A DNA stretch of 63,829 nucleotides, filler included, from Octopus bimaculoides (lineage: Eukaryota), in NCBI RefSeq assembly GCF_001194135.2. It is 6 parts of 6 records of this genome, joined end to end, with 100 filler letters (N's around TTAATTAATTAA, not from the genome) between each part and the next. Parts side by side here need not be neighbours in the genome. Positions count along the whole stretch, not along the records: positions 25,656 to 32,220 come from NC_068983.1; positions 32,321 to 35,744 come from NW_026330847.1; positions 35,845 to 50,632 come from NC_068987.1; 3 more parts are not named here. One strand, given 5' to 3'. Below the pieces are notes generated by a model. It saw nothing but the letters and a program-made list of their open reading frames with translations, was not told the origin of the DNA and made no database searches. Below are positions 27,007 through 39,398 of the stretch, in pieces (the stretch's first letter is position 1; every line of letters starts with the position of its first letter). Made by a program: the position numbers and the translations under genes.

Positions 27007-28809
27007 TTCTTTGAATATGTTTTCTATTTGTAAGCGGGAATCTTTCCTGAAATTTTATAGGATCATTAAACTACCTATGTAAGGTAATATAGTATCTTTT
27101 CTTTTCGTTTTCATTTAATGACATCGCTTTACTTGTTTCGTTAACTTTTCACCTGCATCACTCAAAAACTTTTTTCAAACATTTGTATCATTTACAAACG
27201 CTGCAATCCTTCAAGCAAATAACAACAATCTTCTAAACGTTCTTTGTAAATATTTCTGCTCACAAAATCAAATTAACGTAAAACATTCCGTTTCCCTTGG
27301 TCATGGTTATAACAACAATAATTCATTCATTTGTCAAAGCATTTTCCTTATGAAATACACTTGTCATCATTCTTTTAAATTCGGTTACTCCGTCAAGCAT
27401 GTAAATTACAAATCCACATCATACTACTAACAGCCTGTATAATCAACACGTGACAGCATTGCTGTCTTCACACGGCATCATATAATTCATTTCTTCGGTA
27501 AGAGTACACATACATAACTCCATCTCTTATGTTGATAAATTATATACATTATGTCAGAAAACTTTTGATATTTCTCTCCAATATTGAAATACATAACAGC
27601 AAACTTTATAGTCAAAAGCTTCTTCGTGTTCGTATGTTTAACACAAGCCACAGCCTGCGCATGTGCAGATACATGTATCGTCATTATGTTCACAAACTCA
27701 GGAGGAAGTTATGACAACTAATGAAAATAATCAGAATTGGTAAATGAAACTGGTAAAAGAGAAGATTATCTCGAGGCATTAGTGAAATCATGAAAATTTC
27801 TGAATTCTTTCCAGTGTGTGTCCAATTTGAATCTCTTTGAAATGACAAGTATTGTCAGCGATAATTGGAATTTCATGAACATATTAACTGGTGTTCACAA
27901 CAAATGATTGAAAATGCTTAGAAAAACTGTGAACAAATCTTTTAAAATTATATATATAGGTATACAAACCTCACGTGACCCAAATAACTTGGATGCTTTC
28001 CTGTGGTTTTAATTACACAAAAAGATGCTGGGGATCATTTTATCGTTTTTGGAGGGGATTTTTCGTGAATTAGCCGCACCCTAATTTAGTTATAAATCTT
28101 GGTGCAAATGTTTTTCCATAATAATTTTAGCTTTGCTCCATGTATAAGTCACACCCCAGTTGTTCAGGTAAAATAAAACATAAAACAGTGTGACAAATAC
28201 CCGAGTAAATACAGTAACTCTAATATCAAAACCTACACTCCCAAGGAATATTTTAACCAAAGAGAGACTATATAAAACCAAGATTATCTCCAATATATCT
28301 CAGTCCGATGATGGCTTAAGTGGCCGAACCTTCGAGGTTACTATCAATAATATTGTTGTGTAAGAATAATAAATTTGTACTTCATAAAAGTATAGAGTAA
28401 CTCATCAGATTAATGTAAAATTGTGTATAAGTGAACACAAAAGCAAACATTAACACATTGTATATATGTATGTATATGTAGTTTAGTATGATCATAATTT
28501 TAGAAGGTTCTTAGTCACACTGAATAGCCGTTGGCTGTATAGAATATTAGTTCAGCTGCGTGTGAAGGTGAAAATGATTACGCTAATATTCGGTATAAGT
28601 TTACAAATTTTTTATTACTCAGAACATTAGCATTTACATATGTGCCACTATTATTTAAATAAATCTGCATATAAGAGAAAGTAAATGTGATAGTTACAAG
28701 TCTTTGTTGCATAAAATATTCGAGTAATTTATATGAAAATCGTTCATGATCATTAAAGACTGAATTATTAGAAAACGTAAGAACACATTATCATAAAACT
28801 GAGCAACAG

Positions 28810-29400
28810 AGTTCATCATCATCATCGTTTAACGTCCGCTTTCCGTGCTAGCATGCGTTGGATGATTTGACTGAGGACTGGTAGACCAGGTGGCTACACC
28901 AGGCTCCAATCTGATTTGGCAGAGTTTCTACAGGTGGATGCTCTTCCTAACGCCAACCACTACGAGAGTGTAGTGGGTGCTTTTACGTGCCACCGGCACG
29001 AAGGCCAGTCAGGTGGTACTGGCAACGGCCACGCTCAAAATGGTGTATTCTACATGCCACCTGTACAGGAGCCAGTCCTGCCGCACTGGCAACGATCTCG
29101 CTTGACTGTCTTTTCACGTGCCACTGGTACAAGTGCCAGGAAGGCGATGTTGGCACCGATCATGCTCAAATGGTGCTATTTATGTGCCACCGGCATGGAA
29201 GCCAGACAGCTGCTCTGGCAACGATCATGCTCGGACGGTGCTCTTAGTGCTCCACTGGTACAGGTGCCATCACGATTTCGCTTTCGCTTGCCCCAACAGG
29301 TCTTCGCAAGCCGAGTTTAGTGTTCAATGAAAGAGACGTTGGCATGGGTGCCAGTCTACAAATTTAGTTCGATTTCGATTTCGATTTCATTTCTGTATAG
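28810..29400 (-). mobile_element. Non-autonomous retroposon with a (GAT)n tail and internal short tandem units
   Basis: catcatcatcgtttaacgtccgctttcc...gtgccaccggcac units; further copies at about 40180-40510, 44200-44420, 46100-46200 and 46780-46960. Confidence 0.7.
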
Positions 29401-29439
29401 CATCTGTGGTTGTTCTGATTAGGTGTTTGTTATTCCACG

Positions 29440-31560
29440 TTTTATAACACCCTGTCAAGCTTGTAGAATTTTCAGTTAAACACTTTGGAAGAAAATTTCC
29501 CAAAACTTGTTTTCACGAATACCATTTATTTGGTTGCAATCCAAGTTTAATTTGTGTGCTGCTGTCGCTGGTGGAAGTGCTTGAGATGATAAGGATTGTT
29601 TACGTATAATTTGCCTTTCGGAGTGACATACTTAATGGAGCAACTACCATACTGCCATCTATAGAGTCTTTGGTCGACCAGCCTATGACTTCTGGATGGT
29701 TTTCAAGTAAAGTACTTCTTTATTCCGCTATCCTTTCGTGGAACTTTGTAAATTTCTTCACCCAATCCCCCTGAACTCCATCTTGGTCTGCCGCTTTCCA
29801 GTTGCTTATTTTCCCTATTCATTCACTGAACACCTTTCTTGCTTATCTTAATGCCATTTTGTTGAGGTTTTATACTCATGTCCTTCATAACCACTCTGGG
29901 TTTTTTTTTTCTTTCTCCCACATCTTGTTCCAGAATTTTTGACTCCCTTCTATATATGGGGTGCATGTATCTTTGTCTCTTTCTCCCTTTATTTCCTGAT
30001 AAAACCTTCTAAAATCAATTTTAAAGAGTCTCTTTTGTTAGCCTTGTTTGATTCTCTGATCATATCAAGAGAGTTTTGCTCTTGGCTGGCACACGCTGTT
30101 TTGTTTCCTCGGTTACTAACGGAATCCCTTTGAAATCAATATTTTACCTTTGTACCAACATGTTATACTTGCGTTGATTCTGTAATTCTCCTTCCCTTCT
30201 ATTTAGTACTGACGGATTACTCTTATTCTTTATATGTCTCCAAGGAATCTCCTATTTCATCATGGTTCATTGTTCATCCTTTTGTTTTGGTTTACACCCA
30301 TTGTTTAGTAGACATCTTACTTCAAATCCCGAATTTTCTGCCACCACTATACTTGCTGTCCCTGTTAGACTATTAGTTTCGGAGATATTGCTTGTGTGAA
30401 TATACTTTAAGATTTTGTTTATTTTTCCTGTTTATGGCATCAGTTTCCATTGGTCCACTTTCTTAGAGTCACATATCACTCCAAAATTCTCCAACCTTAC
30501 TAACACTAATACTTGATCTACAATTCTTTTGCTTTCCTTCATCTGTGATGGCTGTGTCTGTTGCCATTGATATCTCAAACAGATTGAGTTGTATTTCTTC
30601 CGCCATTCCAGGGGCTTTATCGGTCTCGGCCAGCACTTCGTTATGAGTAGTGTTACTTTTTTCTGCCTTGCCATCGTCATCGTATACTTCTCTCTGAATA
30701 ATTTTCTGTTCTAAATCTGGTAACCAGCCTTTCTTTCTTATCATCCTGGCCCAGTCGCATAATCGTTGTTCTGTTGCTTCAATTATTCCTCATTGCCGCC
30801 ATTCTCAGTACATCCTTTTTTTCTATAGCCTCTTAAATGCACCTCGTTTTCATTTGGTCTGGTTCCTATAGCAACACTCCATGACGACCGCATTTCTTTG
30901 CTTCACATTTTCTCCATTTCTTGTATGCTACTAGTCACAGGTTGAGAGCTGGGACAATCCTGCTGCTCAATGAAGCACCTTTTGGGCACGGCCCCTTCAT
31001 TACTGGTTCCAATCCCATTTACGCTGTTTACTATCAAACTTTCTTTTCATATGTTTCACCCATAGAATATGTACAAGAGGTGTTTCTTTATTTCTGTGAC
31101 ACCATCCCTGGATGGATTACCAACCTAGCTTCAGAGAGACTCCATCCACCCTCTTTACGAAGCAGTTAAACTGCACCAGGTCTCACACTGGTATTTCTCC
31201 TACTGTACTTGGTTTGTTTTCAAACTTTTCTTTCTTCTAGGTTGCCTGATGTCCAGTGTTCATGAACAAAGCCTACCCGGATATGTATTTCGAGATTTAC
31301 TCCTCTGCAATTGTATTATCTGTATTGTTGAATCACATATTGAGAAGGCATCGTTTTTTTTTTCTTCGACTTATGATTTATGGAAGAACAACCAAATATT
31401 ACCGAAAGGCTTAAGCTACTTGAGTAAAGGTTAATTTCAATGCCTTTTGTACTGGTATTATTAGGGCTATCTGCCCCATGGCTGTGACCTCTAACAAGAA
31501 GATAGTGTGAGATTTCCGGTGTTGCTTAGATATTCTTACTCCAGCCCTCTGCACCTGCTC
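29440..31560 (-). mobile_element. Dong/R4-clade LINE, decayed 5' half
   Basis: TEQRLCDWARMIRKKGWLPDLE (about 30710-30775) and RT-proximal remnants near 29750-29820; abuts an (AAT)n array. Confidence 0.65.
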
Positions 31561-31630
31561 ACAGTTTCTCTGTCTCTTTCTCTTTCCTGTTTTCTATCTT
31601 CTCTCATATTATTATTATTGTTATCATTAC

Positions 31631-31712
<82 letters not shown>

Positions 31713-31759
31713 GTTGTTATTGTTATTATTATTCCATTTACGTTCATCACATTCAAATG

Positions 31760-31945
31760 TTGCAAAAATATTCCTAATATCGGGCTACAACAATTAGCCT
31801 AGATGCCACGAGCCTTCCTAATTATCCTAACTGTCCCTAATAACACTGTTTTCTGGAGCTGCACTAAATTATCTTCTATTCCTACTTTCTCTATCTGTCT
31901 GTTGTCTCTGTACCTCAATAGCTAGGTCCTGGTACTTTGCTATTA
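31760..31945 (-). mobile_element. Dong/R4-type 3' end embedded in (AAT)n
   Basis: AKYQDLAIEV...LVQLQKTVLLGTVRIIRK; flanked on both sides by (TAT)n/(AAT)n. Confidence 0.65.
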
Positions 31946-32039
<94 letters not shown>

Positions 32040-32103
32040 TATTAGTTTATGTAGGACTGAAGTAACTCAACAGAAGTTTTTTTATAGATATAGAGTTCTT
32101 TAC

Positions 32104-32144
<41 letters not shown>

Positions 32145-32929
32145 GTTCAGTAGTTTTATTTTTATAACGTGCTTTCACTTCACTACCGAGCGCAGCTCTG
32201 TGCGCCTTGGGTATGTGCTGNNNNNNNNNNNNNNNNNNNNNNNNNNNNNNNNNNNNNNNNNNNNTTAATTAATTAANNNNNNNNNNNNNNNNNNNNNNNN
32301 NNNNNNNNNNNNNNNNNNNNTAGATAGATAGATAGACAGATAGATATACTAATCTATGAATCCGCACATATGCACAAACTAAGTAGTATATGAAATTACA
32401 AAAACACTAAAATGTTGATGTCATAATAAGTGATAAACATTTACCAACTAGGTGCACATACATGTGAACAGGAACTTTTAAGTGCACAAATTTTAAAATT
32501 GTAAAATTTTATGCGCGTTAAATATCAATTGAGAGTTGTGTATACATGTATAAAAATGTGAATCTTAATTTTACGAAAAGTCGAATCGAAGGGAAATAAT
32601 CATCCTAGAGTTGTTCCCCTGATATCTTCTGTCTTTTTTGCCACCGAACTTCTCGCGTGATTTTCTTGTAACTTTCTGTGACTTATCGTGTTTTAATTCA
32701 AAATGGAGACGGGCTCCGATGCGATAGGTTTGATAATTCTTGAGGTATTCTTTAACATGAAACCAATAGTAGCCTTAGTACACATATAAAGTATATGCAC
32801 ACACTTATATATATGTGTGTAATGGAATGCAAAACTCGCAGTACAATACAGAGAGAACAAAGCACCTCGAACCCGGTATTAACTTAACGCTTACAGAAGG
32901 TCACTTGCTCACAGAAGGTCAAAAGCAGT

Positions 32930-33130
32930 CACGACTGAATGTGCCTCGTAAGCTGAAAGAACAGTTGCAAGTTGATCCGGACCGTTTTCGAAAGTCATCA
33001 CTGATGACAAAAGCTAGTGCTACGGCATTTGCAGATGTGAGAGAGGTGAAGAAAAAACAACAGAGCCGTTAAAAGTAATCACTTCGCAAGAGTTCCAGGG
33101 CTGCTTCGAAACATGATAATTCATATTCGT
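32930..33130 (+). mobile_element. Mariner-like transposase 3' remnant
   Basis: FADVREVKKK...LKVITSQEFQGCFE pattern with frameshifts. Confidence 0.45.
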
Positions 33131-33295
33131 CGCAATATTTCAAAATATAGAGCCATAAAGCCAGCGTGGAATACTTCTAAATGATCATACGATATACTAA
33201 ATTCATCAGCCAAATCTTCCACAAATTTTGCGTTTCCTCCTTAAAAGAAGCAATATCACATGAGATTATAAATTCTGGATACATTATACCTAAAT

Positions 33296-33680
33296 TGTTG
33301 TGGTTGGCACTCCGTCGCTTACGACGTCGAGGGTTCCAGTTGATCCGATCAACGGAACAGCCTGCTCGTGAAATTAACGTGCAAGTGGCTGAGCACTCCA
33401 CAGACACGTGTACCCTTAATGTAGTTCTCGGGGATATTCAGTGTGACACAGTGTGACAAAGCTGACCCTTTGAATTACAGGCATAACAGAAACAGGAAGA
33501 AAGAGTGAGAGAAAGTTGTGGTGAAAGAGTACAGCAGGGTTCGCCACCATCCCCTGCCGGAGCCTCGTGGAGTTTTAGGTGTTTTCGCTCAATAAACACT
33601 CACAACGCCCGGTCTGGGAATCGAAACTGCGGTCCTATGACCGCGAGTTCGCTGCCCTAACCACTGGGCCATTACGCCTC
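33296..33680 (-). mobile_element. Full-length tRNA-derived SINE with a 14-bp target-site duplication
   Basis: Head ggaggcgtaatggcccagtggttagggcagc...gtttcgattcccagacc; TSD cattatacctaaat at 33282-33295 and 33681-33694. Confidence 0.88.
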
Positions 33681-34233
33681 CATTATACCTAAATAATGAC
33701 GAACAGCCTTCTTGAAGATTTGGCAGATTTTTTATTCTGAGTTAAAATTATTTCTCTTCCTTTACGCTATTAATGTATTTAGAAAATGCATTACGATCAT
33801 AGATCATATCGCTTCCACTCAGATTCACGACTGTGATATTCAAATGAACCCTAGTAATGACTTCGGGTACCATATATCAGTTGTTTTTATTCTCTTGTGT
33901 TACAATAACTGGTTGTCTATTACGTTTGTAAATTTGATATAATGGACAAACATATTCCGTATTGTAAATGTTCACCTTCTTCCTAACTGAAAACTTCCAA
34001 AGATTAAGCATTTTTAAAGAGTGGTTAGCGAATCAGATTATATTTGATAATTAATTTATGTAACCCGAAATGTTTAATCAACTAGTAATCTAATAAGATT
34101 GTGTCATAAACGGTAAATCTCTTTTGGATATGAATGAGTTCATTTCATATCACTTCTCCTTTGTCTTTTAGTTCTCTGCTATGAAAAATAAATTCTATGA
34201 AATAGTAAACTCAATTTAATCAAAAGTAATCCC

Positions 34234-34351
34234 CATTACGGCCATATCACTTTGAAATCACCGATTCTCGTCCGATCACCGAAGTTAAGCAACATCGAGC
34301 CTAGTTAGTACTTAGATGGGTGACCGCTTGGGACAGCTAGGTGCCGTAAAC
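34234..34351 (+). pseudogene. 5S rRNA-derived sequence, full length, fused to a SINE/LINE 3' tail (34360-34413)
   Basis: tacggccatatcactttgaaatcaccgattctcgtccgatcaccgaagttaagcaacatcgagcctagttagtacttagatgggtgaccgcttggga...gtgccgtaaac is colinear with molluscan 5S rRNA but carries scattered substitutions. Confidence 0.85.
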
Positions 34352-35145
34352 GTCTTTCCTAAAGGCGGTGCTCCAGCATGGCCACAGTTAAATGAAACAA
34401 GTAAAAGAATAAAATAATTAAAAGTACGTGTTGTCTTGTATCGATATATAAAGTCATTTCTATCAGATAATTTTGTTAGTGCTTTGAAGTAAATGTTAAA
34501 TATTTGACTTGCTGTGATTTTAAAGAAGTTTATATTCAGTTTAGTTTCAGTGCTAATGATCTTCATAGAGCCATAAACTCAACAGAGCCTCGTTTATATA
34601 CAATATAAATTCCGAAATTTTTAGTGTTACGATTTAGAGACACAATAACAGTCAGAAAAAAGACAACCAGCCATTTTTTAATTCGTTATAATTTCATAAT
34701 TTACCATAACTGTTGCTGTATTATCTCTTTAAACGAAACGAATTAAGCATCTATGATTGGATGACGAAATGCATGTCTATATTCAGAAACAACTTCAGTA
34801 AACACATCATCAAGCTAAACTTGAAAATAGATTTCATGGCTAAGCATACGAGTAGAGATAGACAAACAAACACATAAGCAGATAGGTAAAATGTAGCAGA
34901 CATCCGACATGAATCGAGTTATAATTCTTAAACATATGAATCATAAATTGTTATTAAAAACAGTTGTAGTAAAATTTCGGGCATATCATTATGCAATTTA
35001 TTACCAAACATGTCAGAAGCTAATTATATTAATGCTATTTACTTTTTTATAAAAACAATGCTATTTAAATACACGTATATAGATGCGCAAAATCTAAATA
35101 GCGAATTATATATGTAATGCTTAAATCTGTGTACGCATACATACG

Positions 35146-35223
<78 letters not shown>

Positions 35224-35354
35224 CGTGTGTATGTGTGTGTGTGTGGTGTGTGTCTGTGTGGTGTGTGTCTGTGTATATTTATGTATCCATTTGGTATGTG
35301 TGTATGTATGCACGTACAAGTATATACACATATTACATGCACATGCATAGATAG

Positions 35355-35399
<45 letters not shown>

Positions 35400-35844
35400 T
35401 GTATACATTAAGCATGATGGGTGTGATTCTTTCTGGTATAATTTCCACCCCTGTTGCATTTAATTCTATAAGGCAGGGCAATGCAAAAACGTCAGTCGCT
35501 GAAGAATACCAGATGCTTTCATGGAGAAATAAATGTAATGGGGAAGGGAGGGAGAGAGAGAAAGAAGAAAATTGGACAAAAAAGCAAGTAGAGAGAGGGC
35601 TGAACTGAAAGGGACTGCTGAGAGATATGTTGTAACACCACAGGCGTGCGCGCACATTCAGAAGCATACACTTTCTTTGTCTGTTTCCCTTAATGTACGT
35701 ATGTATGTATGTATGTATGTATGCATGTATGTATGCATGTATATNNNNNNNNNNNNNNNNNNNNNNNNNNNNNNNNNNNNNNNNNNNNTTAATTAATTAA
35801 NNNNNNNNNNNNNNNNNNNNNNNNNNNNNNNNNNNNNNNNNNNN

Positions 35845-36240
35845 AAAGGTGCCGTCCACTGCATCTCACATAAGAACAAGATACTGCAGCAGCCTCGGTT
35901 TCAGAGGACCTCAGCTCTTCAATGCCCTGCCAAAACATTTGAGAGACCTGCAAGACACGGATGTGGAGGTCTTCAAGACAAAACTCGACGCTTTCCTCTC
36001 CACAATACCAGACGAACCAATGGCTCGAAATGAGACACAGTTTAGGGCAGCGATGTCAAATTCTCTTATACACCAGATGTGCCATCAAAACTCTTGATTG
36101 GACTATATCAGGAGCAGGAGAAGAGCCATGCAAGGAACGTGAAGAGAGCAAAGCATAAAGACAGAAAATCACGGTGGTGCTCCAGCATGACCACAGCCAC
36201 TTGGCTGAAACCCATAAATAAATTTTAAAAAAATAAAATA
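35845..36240 (+). mobile_element. CR1/L2-group LINE, 3' end of ORF2 plus 3' UTR
   Basis: SLGFRGPQLFNALPKHLRDLQDTDVEVFKTKLDAFLSTIPDEP; tail ggtggtgctccagcatgaccacag...ctgaaac...(taaa). Confidence 0.8.
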
Positions 36241-36689
36241 CATGTATATGTATATAGAGAGATATATAAATAAATACGTCCACACAGAATATAATTGTTC
36301 AAGAGTAAGTTTTCGCCAATTAAGTTAAACACATCGTCTATAGCCATTTTGGGAACACATCACCATAGTTAGATTGCAATTAATGCATATCACGGCAAGA
36401 GCCACTCCTCGTCTGGATGAAAAGTGAGATAAGACACATATAGAAGACCAGGACAATCTTATCATACCACAAGCCTACTTTAATATTTAAAAAAAAAAAG
36501 ATTATTTGTTTTCAGTTTCAATGCTAAAAGGCCGTTGACTATTTCTAATAAAGCTAAATATGTCGGTTTCAAGTCCATGTAAGGCCAAACATATTCATAA
36601 TTGTGAAGTTAGTTATGCAATAGCATGAAATTAGTTACCCGATAGGAAGGATTCAAATAAAGTAACCCCGTAAAGGTTAATACTGTACA

Positions 36690-36942
36690 AATAATGACGG
36701 TATCACATTCACAAGTTACCCTAAGGCTTGACCACAGGGCCATACGCCCTCTACAAAAGTCAGACTTACATAACAATGTTGCAAAAACTGTTTTTACCTC
36801 AACTGTTCCTGCATTATTCAATGTTATGGCAAAAGAAAAAGACCTCATGACATTCAAACGTTTCTTGGATAAATTCCTCGAAGAAAACCTTGACAAACCA
36901 GTGATACTTAGATATATTTCTGCAAGCAATCCCCCTACTTGA
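36690..36942 (+). mobile_element. CR1/L2-group LINE 3' fragment (second family)
   Basis: FTSTVPALFNVMAKEKDLMTFKRFLDKFLEENLDKP. Confidence 0.6.
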
Positions 36943-39248
36943 ATGGGCTGTGTTGTCCTGAAGGTAAAGTTCCTTTCTGAATCATAGACTCCTAGGTCCG
37001 GTTTCCCAGTCTCCGTGGCATATATATTCCCCACCTGGACGGGATGCCAGTCTGTTGCCGGATTACTCATTTGTGCCAATGTAAAATGAAGTGTTTTGCT
37101 CAAGAACACAATGTGTCGCCCGGTCTAGGAATCGAAACCAAAGTCTTATGATTATGAGTCCAACACCCTAACCACTAAGCTACGCGTTTCCACTGGATGT
37201 CCTAAAATATGATTTAAAAGAATAGCCTTCAAATGGAACTAACTTGAAAATAATCAAAGGCGCATTTACGTTTAAGGGGAAGCTACTCTTTCGACAAGTC
37301 TGGTAGTTATCTCTCTTAAATTTCTTTCTATAAGCTGCTACTGTAATTTCGTTTTTTCTTTTGTTTGTCGTTCNNNNNNNNNNNNNNNNNNNNNNNNNNN
37401 NNNNNNNNNNNNNNNNNNNNNNNNNNNNNNNNNNNNNNNNNNNNNNNNNNNNNNNNNNNNNNNNNNNNNNNNNNNNNNNNNNNNNNNNNNNNNNNNNNNN
37501 NNNNNNNNNNNNNNNNNNNNNNNNNNNNNNNNNNNNNNNNNNNNNNNNNNNNNNNNNNNNNNNNNNNNNNNNNNNNNNNNNNNNNNNNNNNNNNNNNNNN
37601 NNNNNNNNNNNNNNNNNNNNNNNNNNNNNNNNNNNNNNNNNNNNNNNNNNNNNNNNNNNNNNNNNNNNNNNNNNNNNNNNNNNNNNNNNNNNNNNNNNNN
37701 NNNNNNNNNNNNNNNNNNNNNNNNNNNNNNNNNNNNNNNNNNNNNNNNNNNNNNNNNNNNNNNNNNNNNNNNNNNNNNNNNNNNNNNNNNNNNNNNNNNN
37801 NNNNNNNNNNNNNNNNNNNNNNNNNNNNNNNNNNNNNNNNNNNNNNNNNNNNNNNNNNNNNNNNNNNNNNNNNNNNNNNNNNNNNNNNNNNNNNNNNNNN
37901 NNNNNNNNNNNNNNNNNNNNNNNNNNNNNNNNNNNNNNNNNNNNNNNNNNNNNNNNNNNNNNNNNNNNNNNNNNNNNNNNNNNNNNNNNNNNNNNNNNNN
38001 NNNNNNNNNNNNNNNNNNNNNNNNNNNNNNNNNNNNNNNNNNNNNNNNNNNNNNNNNNNNNNNNNNNNNNNNNNNNNNNNNNNNNNNNNNNNNNNNNNNN
38101 NNNNNNNNNNNNNNNNNNNNNNNNNNNNNNNNNNNNNNNNNNNNNNNNGGGGGTGGGGGCGGTGAAATTAAAAAAAAGTTTTTTCTTTGCATATTCGTAA
38201 TCTCCGACATCTTTAAACGTACGAATCCGAAAAAATATTTTCAAAAAAAATGCATTTTTCAAGGAGAGGTGCGGAACTGCACTAGCCCGCAATAATTATT
38301 ACTATTCTCTTTGGTTCGAATTCGGTAATTGAATACTCAGTTTAAATTCACTTTGTAATGGTGTAACCATTGATTGAGACGCGTTTTATTTTACTCCCCC
38401 ATTTTTCTGTCTTCATATGTTTTCACTCCTCATTCCATTTTGTAGAAGAGCATAGACTCAAAATGTTTAAGACTTCTTGCATTTTTTCTGAGCATCAAAC
38501 TAATACACCCTGTTTGTTGTTCTTCAACATGTCTCTGTTTTCTTTTGTAAATTTTTGAACAACACACACACAGTTCATAACAACTTTGACTATGTGACTT
38601 AGTTTCATGGGCTTGTACAAAGAACCCATTTCGTCAGATATCCAGGTATGGAGCTTGGGCAAGTGTCTTCTATGGTTTAATGCCAAATGACTGAATCTGG
38701 TAGATGGAAACTGTGTGGAATCCTACTGTGTGTGCATGTATGTATGTGTGTCTTTGTGTTTGTATTGTCCCCTACACCACCTGACAACAAGTGTTAGTTT
38801 GTTTATGTTCCCTGTAACTTAGCTGTTTGGCAAAAGAGATCGTTGGAATGAGTACTAGCGTTAAAAAAAAAAACTCCTGGATTTGATTTGTTTGACTGAA
38901 ACCCTTCAAGGTGGTGCTCCAGTATGGCTGCAATTCAATGAGTGAAATGAAGCCAAAGATGAAAAGTCTAAATTAATTGAATTAATTAAATTTGATTCTT
39001 TTATTCTTTTACTTGTTTCACTTAACCTTCAACACAAAGATACGCACTCAGAAGGCTTTAGTTGACCCAAGACTATAGTTAGAAGACACTTGCTCAAGGT
39101 GCCACACAGTGGGACTGAACCCAGAACCATGCTGTTGGGAAGCAAGCTTCTTACCACATAGCCACACCTGTGCCTAATAATAATAATAATAATGTGTGTG
39201 TACGTGTGCCTTTTTAATTAAAAAAATTTTGTTTTTCAATTAATACAG

Positions 39249-39398
39249 GAAAATGAAATCAACAAAATTGAAGCTGAAATTGCAGCATTGAAGGAGGGAG
39301 AGGTCACTGCAGGTGGAAGCATGGCATTACCACCAGAAGTAGAAGCACTTAAGTCAGAAAATGTCAAACTTCAATACCAACTTGACCATTTGAAAAGT
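39249..39398 (+). CDS. RARS1: Cytoplasmic arginyl-tRNA synthetase, exon encoding the N-terminal coiled-coil extension
   Basis: aatacag acceptor and gtgagt donor; 150 nt, phase 0/0; ENEINKIEAEIAALKEGE...VEALKSENVKLQYQLDHLKS resembles human EEEIKSLTAEIDRLK...LQEENLKLKYRLNILRK. The upstream start-codon exon was not found and may lie in the gap at 37374-38148. Confidence 0.88.

Noticed and set aside
31600-32150. CRISPR-like or coding repeat arrays
   Set aside because: These are simple (TAT)n microsatellites interrupted by retroelement fragments in a eukaryotic context; there is no repeat-spacer structure.
34234-34351. Functional 5S rRNA gene
   Set aside because: It is a solitary copy with substitutions in paired regions and the C box, has no proper T-run terminator, and is fused to a retroposon tail.
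38436-38560. Apparent acceptor ttttgtag followed by AAAATGTTTAAG as a RARS first exon
   Set aside because: No suitable donor or ArgRS-like peptide; the sequence is a decayed copy of the family-2 hammerhead repeat.
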